In this document: piece by piece, positions 10,101-17,175 of the stretch
How the letters are laid out: each line of letters opens with the position of its first letter
Numbering within the stretch: position 1 is the first letter of the stretch
From: an uncultured archaeon
Lineage (GTDB): Archaea; Iainarchaeota; Iainarchaeia; Iainarchaeales; JAAZKV01
DNA length: 32,000 bases
Assembly (NCBI GenBank): GCA_964551375.1
Contig: CAZKBG010000001.1
Coordinates: 150,001 to 182,000, forward strand
Direction of reading: 5' to 3'
Program-made: the position numbers and the translations under genes
Notes under the pieces: model-generated
The model's input: only the letters and a program-made list of their open reading frames with translations
Databases searched by the model: none
Told to the model about the DNA's origin: nothing

Positions 10101-10686
10101 TATCATCAAAGTTATTGTTTGAGTTCTTCTTTTTCTTTCCGCCAGCGTCCACCGCGTCAAAAGCATCATCCTTAGTTTCAAATTCCTCTTCCTCTTTAGC
10201 ATCTTTAACTTCGCCAAAAATAACCGGCTCAGCAGAGTCCTCTTCATCTTCTTCTAAAACTTCATCTTCGTCATCATCTTCTGAATCATCGCTTTTCTTA
10301 TCAGATTTTTTATCATTTATCACAGTTTTGTTGCCTTTAATTTCAGCATCATCATCAGAGTCTTCTTCCCCTTCATCATCTTCGGAATTATCTTCTTCAT
10401 CGTCCTCGGCTTTATCTGCTTTAGCTTCTTTTTCTTCTTCAGTGTCAGTATTTTCTTCTTCACTTTTTTTTGCTTTCAATTCTCTTGCTTCTTTTGAATT
10501 TCTTTTTTGCTTTAAGATATTGGCTTTTTCAGCCATTCTTTTCTTAGCTTCTTTTTCCTCGTCATCTTCTCCAAAAACATCATCAAACAAATCATGGTCT
10601 TCAGTTTCGATAGTTGCCTCTACCCTGTCTGAACTATTCATTAAAGCTTCGCCCACGTTGCTCTTTGATTCAATTTCTTCTTCCAC
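7156..10686 (-). CDS. HerA/DUF87-type (FtsK-HerA superfamily) ATPase with a long acidic N-terminal extension and C-terminal winged-helix-like region
   Basis: Walker A GARGSGKS (9427..9450, residue 413 on). Walker B-like TWLFIDEAHTLIPGG. VEYVKQGRRPGCSLVFATQQPSAID. Residues ~1-345 are rich in Asp/Glu/Lys. Confidence 0.92.
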   Translation of the reverse strand: MEEEIESKSNVGEALMNSSDRVEATIETEDHDLFDDVFGEDDEEKEAKKRMAEKANILKQKRNSKEARELKAKKSEEENTDTEEEKEAKADKAEDDEEDNSEDDEGEEDSDDDAEIKGNKTVINDKKSDKKSDDSEDDDEDEVLEEDEEDSAEPVIFGEVKDAKEEEEFETKDDAFDAVDAGGKKKKNSNNNFDDIINEKLNNSLNKSNSGANGKENIAENGKKKSNGYGGKLDLKVTHEEDEEEEVTKAHPVERAIIKSVIRNKAMMAAQGEVKINKGVKINDDSITSRKQDEDHDEMADDLMREDGIKEEGIEDEVDSEEDADENAPKSKMPKANLVEEDETEDGKDGVIKPELEFLMSEKGHAYIGRKKSVLNKYGEEAGLFVGRVNEKDKEGTDVYLDGLNPHVVFVCGARGSGKSYVLGVVAEELALKNKNVGIVVVDPIGVFWSMKHPNKEEKELEALAKWGIMPKGLNNIKVFIPVGMKDSVPKSTYDAVFSIQPSLLTAEDWCLTFGIDRFSPTGLLMEKGIAKVKSGYSTEEGKEVRGKQNTFSLDDLAKCFEFDAELNDREKGYKADSIRALVSRFDAAKHWGIFDEKGTSLGLLSRAGQMTILDTSFLEDNVSALVVGIIARRLLSARKLGTRREAAGKFDDNTAMEDIVELNIPPTWLFIDEAHTLIPGGNQKTPASSALVEYVKQGRRPGCSLVFATQQPSAIDSKVLSQLDIIMAHKLVFDDDIKSIYKRTPTIVPFAYKKSNFIKTMPVGIALTGDRSETTSRAFVMSIRPRMSQHEGRDAETTDEKQELETEQVEVLAVNIALNQLKKDPSIRIDSIKETLDTLNNTYKKNVSIDKILKELEKKGLNVKDDSVYAKGVLEEMEAEKEEEEALKAEEEEALENENTEEGYGAQMLKPKKLPKDVEKFGEQLHEFDEKVELTALRPVIDEQRARKSLAGFAAKKFLFPDEILDRVVLKHAQLYKVKYKYFNHKDAFQVGEAYINSLTGEFIHDDRGALVESKGLPIFMDLNESESTMFKLVAEKKRTPKDAAVLMKMEEGNAKRVLDSLTKKGLLQIQADSKGNPVYAPGRIEIELPPTPLHEMLSSIGKKAITEIESAAVIAPALNERDLPALLNKLWGNVSVKEVTHLFLPVWEGVLKKRTGEERVVMIDAINGKQINLD

Positions 10687-11095
10687 TTTTAGCTCACTTT
10701 CTCCTTAGATTAGCTACTCTGGGTATAAATACCTTATTCTTTTGAAGAATTTTTCATAACTTAAATGAGTTATTTCTTTTTTTATGAACTCAAACAGCGT
10801 GTTGTCCAAAATATGCAAAATTAATTCCAACTTATTGTGTAAGAATTTGTTTTTCGGATTTTTTAGTAAGGTATTTAAACTAAATTATAGTAAGATTAAT
10901 CGTGTTGGGAGTTACATTGTGAAAGTTGAAACTTTTGCAATGCGCTTAATTGCAGATCTATAGGTTTGCAAAGCGGAGGAGGCAAACCATACCGCTGGTC
11001 GGATCCCTGGTTTGTCCCTTTACATTTACTTAATTTACTCTTTTTCTAAAGTTTTCCAATTAATAATTTTGGGAAAAATGCCTTAAAGCAACCTT

Positions 11096-11103
11096 TAAAA
11101 ACA
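11096..11103 (+). promoter_or_regulatory. Candidate TATA box (TTTAAAAA) upstream of the structured leader and tRNA-Ser(UGA)
   Basis: CAACCTTTAAAAACAAAC; predicted transcription start about 11120-11126, which is ~120 nt before the tRNA 5' end. Confidence 0.4.
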
Positions 11104-11247
11104 AACTTCGCACCAAATTACTTATTCAATTGACTTAATGCCTGGCGAAGTCAAGCATTAATTATTACCGTAATTGCATGGCAACTGCGAAGCCAGTGGA
11201 GCACATAAGTGCGACACACTCGCCCGCAAGCCGGCGTGACGGCTTAT

Positions 11248-11331
11248 GCAGAGGTGGCAGAGTGGTCAAATGCGCTCGGCTTGAGACCGAGTTCCCGAAA
11301 GGGAGCGGGGGTTCAAATCCCTTCCTCTGCG
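11248..11331 (+). tRNA. tRNA-Ser (anticodon UGA), no intron, CCA not encoded
   Basis: Acceptor GCAGAGG/CCTCTGC; anticodon stem CTCGG-CTTGAGA-CCGAG; long variable arm TCCCGAAAGGGA; T-arm GGGGGTTCAAATCCCTT; discriminator G. Confidence 0.95.
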
Positions 11332-11344
11332 TTAATCAGAAACT

Positions 11345-11500
11345 TCAAATCCCGTACTGTGCTGCAAAGAATAGAATTCCTATCATGAGTAAGTAAAGAC
11401 CGACAGCATAATTGAGTATTTTTGGGAATATTAGAATTATTATGCCCATGATTATCGATATTATTGCGCTTAGAACTCCACTCACTAAAAATGTTACCAT
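11345..11500 (-). CDS. Small two-TM membrane protein, DUF3096-like
   Basis: MVTFLVSGVLSAIISIIMGIIILIFPKILNYAVGLYLLMIGILFFAAQYGI, preceded by a strong GGAGGTG ribosome-binding site. The longer table ORF to 11590 is therefore unlikely. Confidence 0.8.
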   Translation of the reverse strand: MVTFLVSGVLSAIISIIMGIIILIFPKILNYAVGLYLLMIGILFFAAQYGI

Positions 11501-11659
11501 TTTTTCACCTCCAAAATTTTTAAAGTATCTTACTATTGTGTACACAGGATTTTTTAATAATATTGTAATAAGTGTTTTTGGTCTCTGCAATGGCGATTAT
11601 CTGCCTGAGTGAAATCAGTTTATATGCAATTCAATAGGATAATAAAATTAGAATTTGAA

Positions 11660-12322
11660 TTAATTTTTCTGTCTCTTATAAATAGAATTAAGGAACAGCT
11701 GGTATTCTTTTTTGTATCCTTTTGATACCATGAATTTGTCTATTTGTTTGGCATTCTCTTGGGTTTCTATAATGATGAATTCTGGTCTGTATTTCTTCCA
11801 GTCGTTGGATTTGAGGACATCAAGGTCTCTTCCTTCTACATCTACGCTCATGACGTCAATGTTTTGCCCTGGTTTTAAGTGAGTGTCAAAGATGATTTTT
11901 AGGGTTGTGATTGGAACGCTAACTTTAATGAATTCAGCTGAGTGCTTCTGCACCCATTCTTTATCCATGCTTGAGACTCCGCCTTTCCATTTTGAGCCTG
12001 GCTTGCCTTCATAAAAATCAACTGTTCCAGTTGTAGTTCCAACAGCGGTGTTGAGGTTAATATCTCTTTTTCTGTCTTTAACAAATCTCGCAAAGTTTTT
12101 CTTCTGAGGCTCAACGTTAATTCCGCGCCATCCTAATTGGTAAAAGTAAGCAGTGTTTGACATTTTCTTTGGGTGATATGCTCCAACATCAACATAGAAT
12201 CCGTCTGGCTTATCTCTATAATAATTTGCTAAAATTAAGTCTTCTCCTGCCTGTGCATAAGTGACTTTATTTGTAGTAAAATCCATGCTTCGTTTTACTT
12301 TTCTAATAGCTTCTTTTAACAT
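11660..12322 (-). CDS. FkbM family SAM-dependent methyltransferase
   Basis: SQAGED-like YAQAGEDLILANYY; GFYVDVGAYHPKKMSNTAYFYQLGWRGINVEPQ; IDVMSVDVEGRDLDVLKSNDWKKYRPEFIIIET. Confidence 0.93.
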   Translation of the reverse strand: MLKEAIRKVKRSMDFTTNKVTYAQAGEDLILANYYRDKPDGFYVDVGAYHPKKMSNTAYFYQLGWRGINVEPQKKNFARFVKDRKRDINLNTAVGTTTGTVDFYEGKPGSKWKGGVSSMDKEWVQKHSAEFIKVSVPITTLKIIFDTHLKPGQNIDVMSVDVEGRDLDVLKSNDWKKYRPEFIIIETQENAKQIDKFMVSKGYKKEYQLFLNSIYKRQKN

Positions 12323-12390
12323 TTTATCACTAATTTGATTGTTTTTTAGATTATTATAGTTAATGTTTAAAGATAAGCTGGGGTTTTTGA

Positions 12391-13326
12391 TTAAACCTGT
12401 TTTATTTCCGAATAATCAGGCGCAGGGGGAACATATTTTGGCTCGGATGCTTTCATGTTCAGGTTTTGCATTATCTCGGCTGCAAAGAGAGTGATTATGA
12501 TTACCCAAGTTACTCCGATTATGTTTGTAGCAAGCATGATTGTGAAAAATGCAGCAAAAATTATGATAGTAAGAGCCGCAACCATTTTTGAAATGTCTTT
12601 ATCGATGTATAACTTCTCATTTCCTGAAAAGTAATTATTAATTCTTTGAGCATATCGCCATGTCGGTTCGTGCTTTTCAGGGAATAATGATAATGCAACT
12701 GCTCCATTTGCAAGGATTGAAACTCCCATAAATCCGATAAAGAGTCCGTTAATTATTGTCTCATAAATTCCAATTGCTGCGTTTGGATTGAGGTAAGGGT
12801 AAATTATGATTATTGCGCAGATAAGTTCAACAACTAAGTGCCAGAAAAACAGCCAGGCCATTGTCCAAATCCCGGGGCGAAAGCTTGAGAATGAAACCCG
12901 TAAAATAGTTCCAATGTGGAACAGGATTAATCCGAAAACTACTATTCCAGGAATACTGAAAAAGAAGAAATTGCCCGTTCTTGTGATGGCTATCGCGTAT
13001 ATTAGTAAAAATAATAATAGTCCAAGTTCAATTAGCGCTCTTCCTTCAGTAAGTCTTGTAACAAGCGCAACTCTGTTAATTACGCAAAAAAACATTGCCC
13101 AAATTATTCCCATTGAAAAAAACAGAGTTCTAATTCCTTCAATTGTGAGCACTCCGCTCCATGGTTTATATAAGAGTCCAATTATTATAAAAGCGGCAGA
13201 AATTACTAATATTCCGATTGTTGCATAAAGCGTCCATTTGTTAAAAATCTTTGTTCCTGCTTTTCTAAATGCTTGAAGAAGAAATCCGATTAGAACTGTT
13301 ATAAATAGAACTTCTATGAAAGCCAT
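12391..13326 (-). CDS. Conserved polytopic membrane protein of unknown function
   Basis: About eight hydrophobic segments; complete ORF. Confidence 0.82.
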   Translation of the reverse strand: MAFIEVLFITVLIGFLLQAFRKAGTKIFNKWTLYATIGILVISAAFIIIGLLYKPWSGVLTIEGIRTLFFSMGIIWAMFFCVINRVALVTRLTEGRALIELGLLLFLLIYAIAITRTGNFFFFSIPGIVVFGLILFHIGTILRVSFSSFRPGIWTMAWLFFWHLVVELICAIIIIYPYLNPNAAIGIYETIINGLFIGFMGVSILANGAVALSLFPEKHEPTWRYAQRINNYFSGNEKLYIDKDISKMVAALTIIIFAAFFTIMLATNIIGVTWVIIITLFAAEIMQNLNMKASEPKYVPPAPDYSEIKQV

Positions 13327-13364
13327 TTTTTCACTGTCCTTTATTATCTGACTTTGTTAGTTTA

Positions 13365-13562
13365 TTATTTTGCCCCGCGTTTTAATCTTCCTCTTAATGA
13401 GTTTAATCTCTGTTCTCTTAAGTTAAGCCTTGCCTGTGTTTTTTGAAGCTCTTTTAGTCTTTGAAGAGCTCTTGGATTAGCAGCTTTTCTTTCAAGTTGT
13501 TTAATTCGCCCTGACAAGTGGTGCGCTGCTTTTTGCAAACTATTTTGTCTGATTTTAGGCAT
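13365..13562 (-). CDS. Small basic coiled-coil protein, hypothetical
   Basis: 65 aa, Arg/Lys/Gln-rich helical sequence. An AT-rich TATA-like element lies ~33 nt upstream of the ATG with no SD, compatible with a leaderless mRNA. Confidence 0.5.
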   Translation of the reverse strand: MPKIRQNSLQKAAHHLSGRIKQLERKAANPRALQRLKELQKTQARLNLREQRLNSLRGRLKRGAK

Positions 13563-13589
13563 ACTAATAGATTTGAGGAATCAATTATA

Positions 13590-13790
13590 TTAAAGCTTTT
13601 GTATGCCGTCGCACATCGGGTAAGCAGTGCATCCCCAAAACTTTCCATATCTTCCTTCTCTAAGACTCATTGGCATTTTACACTCGGGGCACTTTGGAGC
13701 GCTCAATTTATCCTTTGAGTGCTTTGAACAAGTAGGTATTCCTTCTTTATTGTAAATAGTTGCGTGATTGCCGCATTTAGCACATTTCAT
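13590..13790 (-). CDS. Stand-alone topoisomerase-type C4 zinc-finger protein
   Basis: MKCAKCGNHATIYNKEGIPTCSKHSKDKLSAPKCPECKMPMSLREGRYGKFWGCTAYPMCDGIQKL matches the topoisomerase I C-terminal C4 finger pattern (CPxC...GRYGxFxGCxxYPxC). Confidence 0.88.
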   Translation of the reverse strand: MKCAKCGNHATIYNKEGIPTCSKHSKDKLSAPKCPECKMPMSLREGRYGKFWGCTAYPMCDGIQKL

Positions 13791-13830
13791 TAAACCACCA
13801 GAACTTTAGAGTATAATTAAGTTCTGGAGT

Positions 13831-16023
13831 TTAAAATCTTTTTCTTCTGCCGTAATTATTTTTCATGTACTTTGCTTTGTGAGGTCTGCTTGTGTGCCGA
13901 GGCATCGAAAATGATTCGTCATCTCTATCAGAATCGCTTTTGTGTCCGTATTCTCGTTTATTTCCAAAATCTTTTCGTGGAGCAAAATCTCCTCTTGCTC
14001 CAGAATCTCTTCTTGGTTTAAAATCTCTTTTAGGTCCAGAGTGGCTCCCCTGAGCCCCTCTATCAAAGCTTCTTCTATTATCAGAACCTGTTCTTCTTGG
14101 TCCTCGGTCAAATCCTCTTCTCTCTCCATCCGTTCTTCGTGGGGCAAAGTCTCTTTTTGGACCGTCCCTTGAATGCCCGCTTCTTGCTGGATACCTTGGC
14201 CTGTCTTCAAAAGAAGGTTTAGCTTCAGGAGTAATCATTACATTAGCTCCTTCCATGTCCGTTCCAGTTTGTTTCTTAAATCTCCTTTCTTCGTGAGACT
14301 TGTGTTTTCTTCCGAACTTATCAAATCCTTTTACTCTTTCAGTTCTTTTCAAAGCTGCTTTATTTTTTTGGTGTTCTGGGTGGTAGTGTGAAGTCGGGAA
14401 TAAAGGCTCGTGAGTTCTTGGAGTTCTTTCATACCCTCCTTGAATTTCTGGCTCAGTTGTTTTAGTTTTGTTTTCTGCTACCCAAGCGTGTTCGATTGGC
14501 TTAGCATGTGATTCGTGTTTTTCTTTTCCAAAAGTTCTTGGAGAAGTTCCCTTATCAACGCTTTTGTTAAAGTGCCATTCATCTTTTTGCCCTGGCTTTG
14601 CTAAATGGCTTTTTTCAAAGTGCCTTGGGGCGCTGTCAAATCTTCTAGAACCTTGTCCAGCATTTTGGTAGTCATTTCTTCTTCGGTCAGAGTGTCTTGG
14701 AAAATTTGAGCTTGAGCCATAATCGCTTCCTTCTCTTCTTGGAGCAAACGAATCATTTCGGTCTTTTCCTCTTCCATGTCCGCCAAAGTCCCTGTCTCTT
14801 CCTCTTGAGCCAAAGCTTCTTTCTCTTCCAAATCTGCTTCTCTGAGCAGGGTAGCTTTCGCCGCCATCTCTTGAACCAAATCTGTTAGTTCCAAAGTCAT
14901 GCTTCTTTGTTTCAATCATTTCAAAGTCAGGAACATGCTCTTGCTTTATGTCCATCTTGCTGTATCTCAAAATCTTTTGGAAGTTATCATAATCTCTTGC
15001 TGAGAGTAATGTTACTGCGTCTCCTTTCTTTCCAGCTCTTGCAGTTCTTCCAATTCTGTGCGTGTATTCTTCAGCAGTTCTTGGAACATCATAGTTGTAA
15101 ACGTGAGTTACATCCTTGATATCAAGTCCTCTTGCCGCAACATCAGTTGCTACAAGCACATCAATTTTAGCTGCCTTAAATGAAGTAACAGCGTGCTGTC
15201 TTTTAGTCTGAGCCAAATCCCCATGAACCGGCATTACAAAAAGCCCAAGTTTTTTTAAGTTGTGAGCAACTCTATCAACTTCTCTTTTTGTTCCGCAGAA
15301 CACAATAGCAGGTCCTGGAGTTTTTTGCTTTAGTAAATGAACTAAAAGAGAGAATTTTGCTTCTCTTCTAATATCATAATACACTTGAGTTAGTAGACTT
15401 CTATCAACATGCAGTTGTTCTTTTACAAAAATAGGCGATTTTAGATATTTTTGAATAATATTCTGCGCAGCTCTTGGCATTGTAGCGCTGAACATTACAG
15501 TCTGTCTCTCTTTAGGAGTTCGTCTTAGTATCTTGTCAACGTCTTCTTCAAACCCCATTTCAAACATCTTATCCGCTTCATCAAGAACAACGTACTTGAT
15601 TGCGTTGAATTTGATATTTCCTCGATTAATATGATCAAGCAGTCTTCCGGGAGTTGCTACAACTATTTCAGCGATTTTAATATCTTCAATCTGCTGATAA
15701 AATCCAACTCCTCCAAAAATGCTTACAACGTTTATCGGCAAAAATTTGCCCATTGTTTCCATATTGTCTCGAACTTGCGCGCAAAGTTCTCGCGTTGGAG
15801 TAAGAATTAATGCTTGTATTCCCGCTCCTGGCACAATTTTTTCAAGTATCGGCAGTCCAAACGCCGCAGTTTTTCCAGAGCCAGTCAATGACTGCCCAAC
15901 AACATCCTTTCCTGCTTTAATTTCAGGAATGCATTTTTCTTGAATTGGTGTTGTCTCTTTAAACCCCATTAATTCGATTCCGTCAAGGAGTTTTTTGTCT
16001 ATATGTAGTTTACTGAATTCCAT
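13831..16023 (-). CDS. DEAD-box RNA helicase with a ~355-residue low-complexity Arg/Gly/Asp/Ser-rich C-terminal tail
   Basis: Motifs GSGKT, PTRELCAQV, VATPGRLLDH, VLDEADKM, FSATMP, ATDVAARGLD, YTHRIGRTARAG; tail with RRGFDRGPRR and GPKRDFAPRR-type repeats. Confidence 0.96.
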   Translation of the reverse strand: MEFSKLHIDKKLLDGIELMGFKETTPIQEKCIPEIKAGKDVVGQSLTGSGKTAAFGLPILEKIVPGAGIQALILTPTRELCAQVRDNMETMGKFLPINVVSIFGGVGFYQQIEDIKIAEIVVATPGRLLDHINRGNIKFNAIKYVVLDEADKMFEMGFEEDVDKILRRTPKERQTVMFSATMPRAAQNIIQKYLKSPIFVKEQLHVDRSLLTQVYYDIRREAKFSLLVHLLKQKTPGPAIVFCGTKREVDRVAHNLKKLGLFVMPVHGDLAQTKRQHAVTSFKAAKIDVLVATDVAARGLDIKDVTHVYNYDVPRTAEEYTHRIGRTARAGKKGDAVTLLSARDYDNFQKILRYSKMDIKQEHVPDFEMIETKKHDFGTNRFGSRDGGESYPAQRSRFGRERSFGSRGRDRDFGGHGRGKDRNDSFAPRREGSDYGSSSNFPRHSDRRRNDYQNAGQGSRRFDSAPRHFEKSHLAKPGQKDEWHFNKSVDKGTSPRTFGKEKHESHAKPIEHAWVAENKTKTTEPEIQGGYERTPRTHEPLFPTSHYHPEHQKNKAALKRTERVKGFDKFGRKHKSHEERRFKKQTGTDMEGANVMITPEAKPSFEDRPRYPARSGHSRDGPKRDFAPRRTDGERRGFDRGPRRTGSDNRRSFDRGAQGSHSGPKRDFKPRRDSGARGDFAPRKDFGNKREYGHKSDSDRDDESFSMPRHTSRPHKAKYMKNNYGRRKRF

Positions 16024-16190
16024 TTATATCATCTCATTTTTTCGAATATTATCTATTCGTCCATTTTAAATTATATACAGTAAAATTCCCTAAAAGTAAG
16101 TATAAGTTAACCAAAGGCAATTTATTATGTATTAAATAATTATCAATACGATGGTTTATTAAGCTCGCTAAAATGCGTTTTATTTGATTT

Positions 16191-16502
16191 CTAAGCCAAA
16201 GTAAGCAAGAAAGAGAGGTTAGTTTTGGCATATAACGAATGAATTGCATTTTTTTTCATAAAAATAAGCACTCCTTGCTTCATTTTTATCTTCTTTCCTT
16301 CAAGAGTGAATTCTCCAGTTCCTTCAATTACCTGCACAGTTCCTTCCATTGTTGAAGTATGCTCATCCATTTTTGAGCCCGCGCTCATGCAAAACAAAGT
16401 TATGTTTAACTTTTCAGGAGAAAAAAGTTTTTTGCTTAGAATTCCGCTTTTTGTATATTCTATTTTTAATTTTGGCTCAATAAAGTTTTTTTCTGTTTTC
16501 AT
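16191..16502 (-). CDS. Cupin-like small beta-barrel protein
   Basis: ITLFCMSAGSKMDEHTSTMEGTVQVIEGTGEFTLEGKKIKMKQGVLIFMKKNAIHSL is a cupin-2-like pattern; start lies 6 nt after the hemerythrin stop. Confidence 0.85.
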   Translation of the reverse strand: MKTEKNFIEPKLKIEYTKSGILSKKLFSPEKLNITLFCMSAGSKMDEHTSTMEGTVQVIEGTGEFTLEGKKIKMKQGVLIFMKKNAIHSLYAKTNLSFLLTLA

Positions 16503-16508
16503 TTTAAC

Positions 16509-17049
16509 TCACTTTGATTTCCACTTGTCAAGTTCATCCGCAAGCGCAATATATTTCTCTTTTGTTCCTTTTGGAAACTTTTTTTCTTCAGCTTTATTAA
16601 ACTGGATAAGCATTTTTTCCTGTGTTTTCTTTGTAATTGCCTTATCAGCCATTGGGAACATAATATTATCTTCTTTGTAAATGTGTTCTTTTAGAAGCTC
16701 TGCATATCCGAGAGCATTTTTAGCGGTGTTTTCTTTATCCCCTTCTTTAACAGCTTTTTCAAGATTTTTTATGAAGTGTCTTCCTTCATCATGTTCATAA
16801 AGCATTTGCGTGGTGGGGTTACAATGTGCTTTATGCTCATTTTTGCAGAATTCTTCAAATAAAATATCTTCTTCTTTTGCATGGTGGAAGCCGTCGGCGT
16901 AGTTTCTTACAAAATCAATTGCCCCCGCATAAAATTCTTTGTCAATTTTTCCGCCTTTTGAGACTTTTTTAGCCTCTCTTTCAAGTGCGTTAACCACTTT
17001 GATTATATTTTTGTGCTCATCAATCAATATTTTTGTCGCGAGTTCCATT
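16509..17049 (-). CDS. Hemerythrin HHE-domain protein
   Basis: H residues in DEHKNI, FHHAKEEDILFEEF, YEHDEGRHF and LKEHIYKEDNIMFPMAD; SD-like GGTGA before ATG at 17049 (table ORF runs to 17078). Confidence 0.92.
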
Positions 17050-17175
17050 AATTCACCAACACATGAAATATAATTCATGCGTATATTTAAACCTTCTGTT
17101 TTAGGGCTTAATTTTGCTTCGTGAAGGTTTTAATCCTTTTGAAGCTTATCTTTTAGATAAAACTGAGCGGTTAAT

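Noticed and set aside
10007-10708. 233-aa + strand ORF rich in serine runs
   Set aside because: Antisense shadow of the acidic Asp/Glu/Ser-rich tail of the HerA-like ATPase; no RBS or family-like sequence.
11178-11396. 72-aa + strand ORF
   Set aside because: Runs straight through tRNA-Ser(UGA) and the DUF3096-like gene end; no credible protein features.
11345-11590. Long (81-aa) version of the small membrane ORF
   Set aside because: A GGAGGTG Shine-Dalgarno sits directly before the internal ATG at 11500, so the 51-aa form is preferred.
13863-14915. Several additional ORFs in the helicase tail on both strands (115 aa, 104 aa, 76 aa, 72 aa)
   Set aside because: Alternate frames of a compositionally biased IDR-encoding region; the helicase frame is continuous and explains the sequence.
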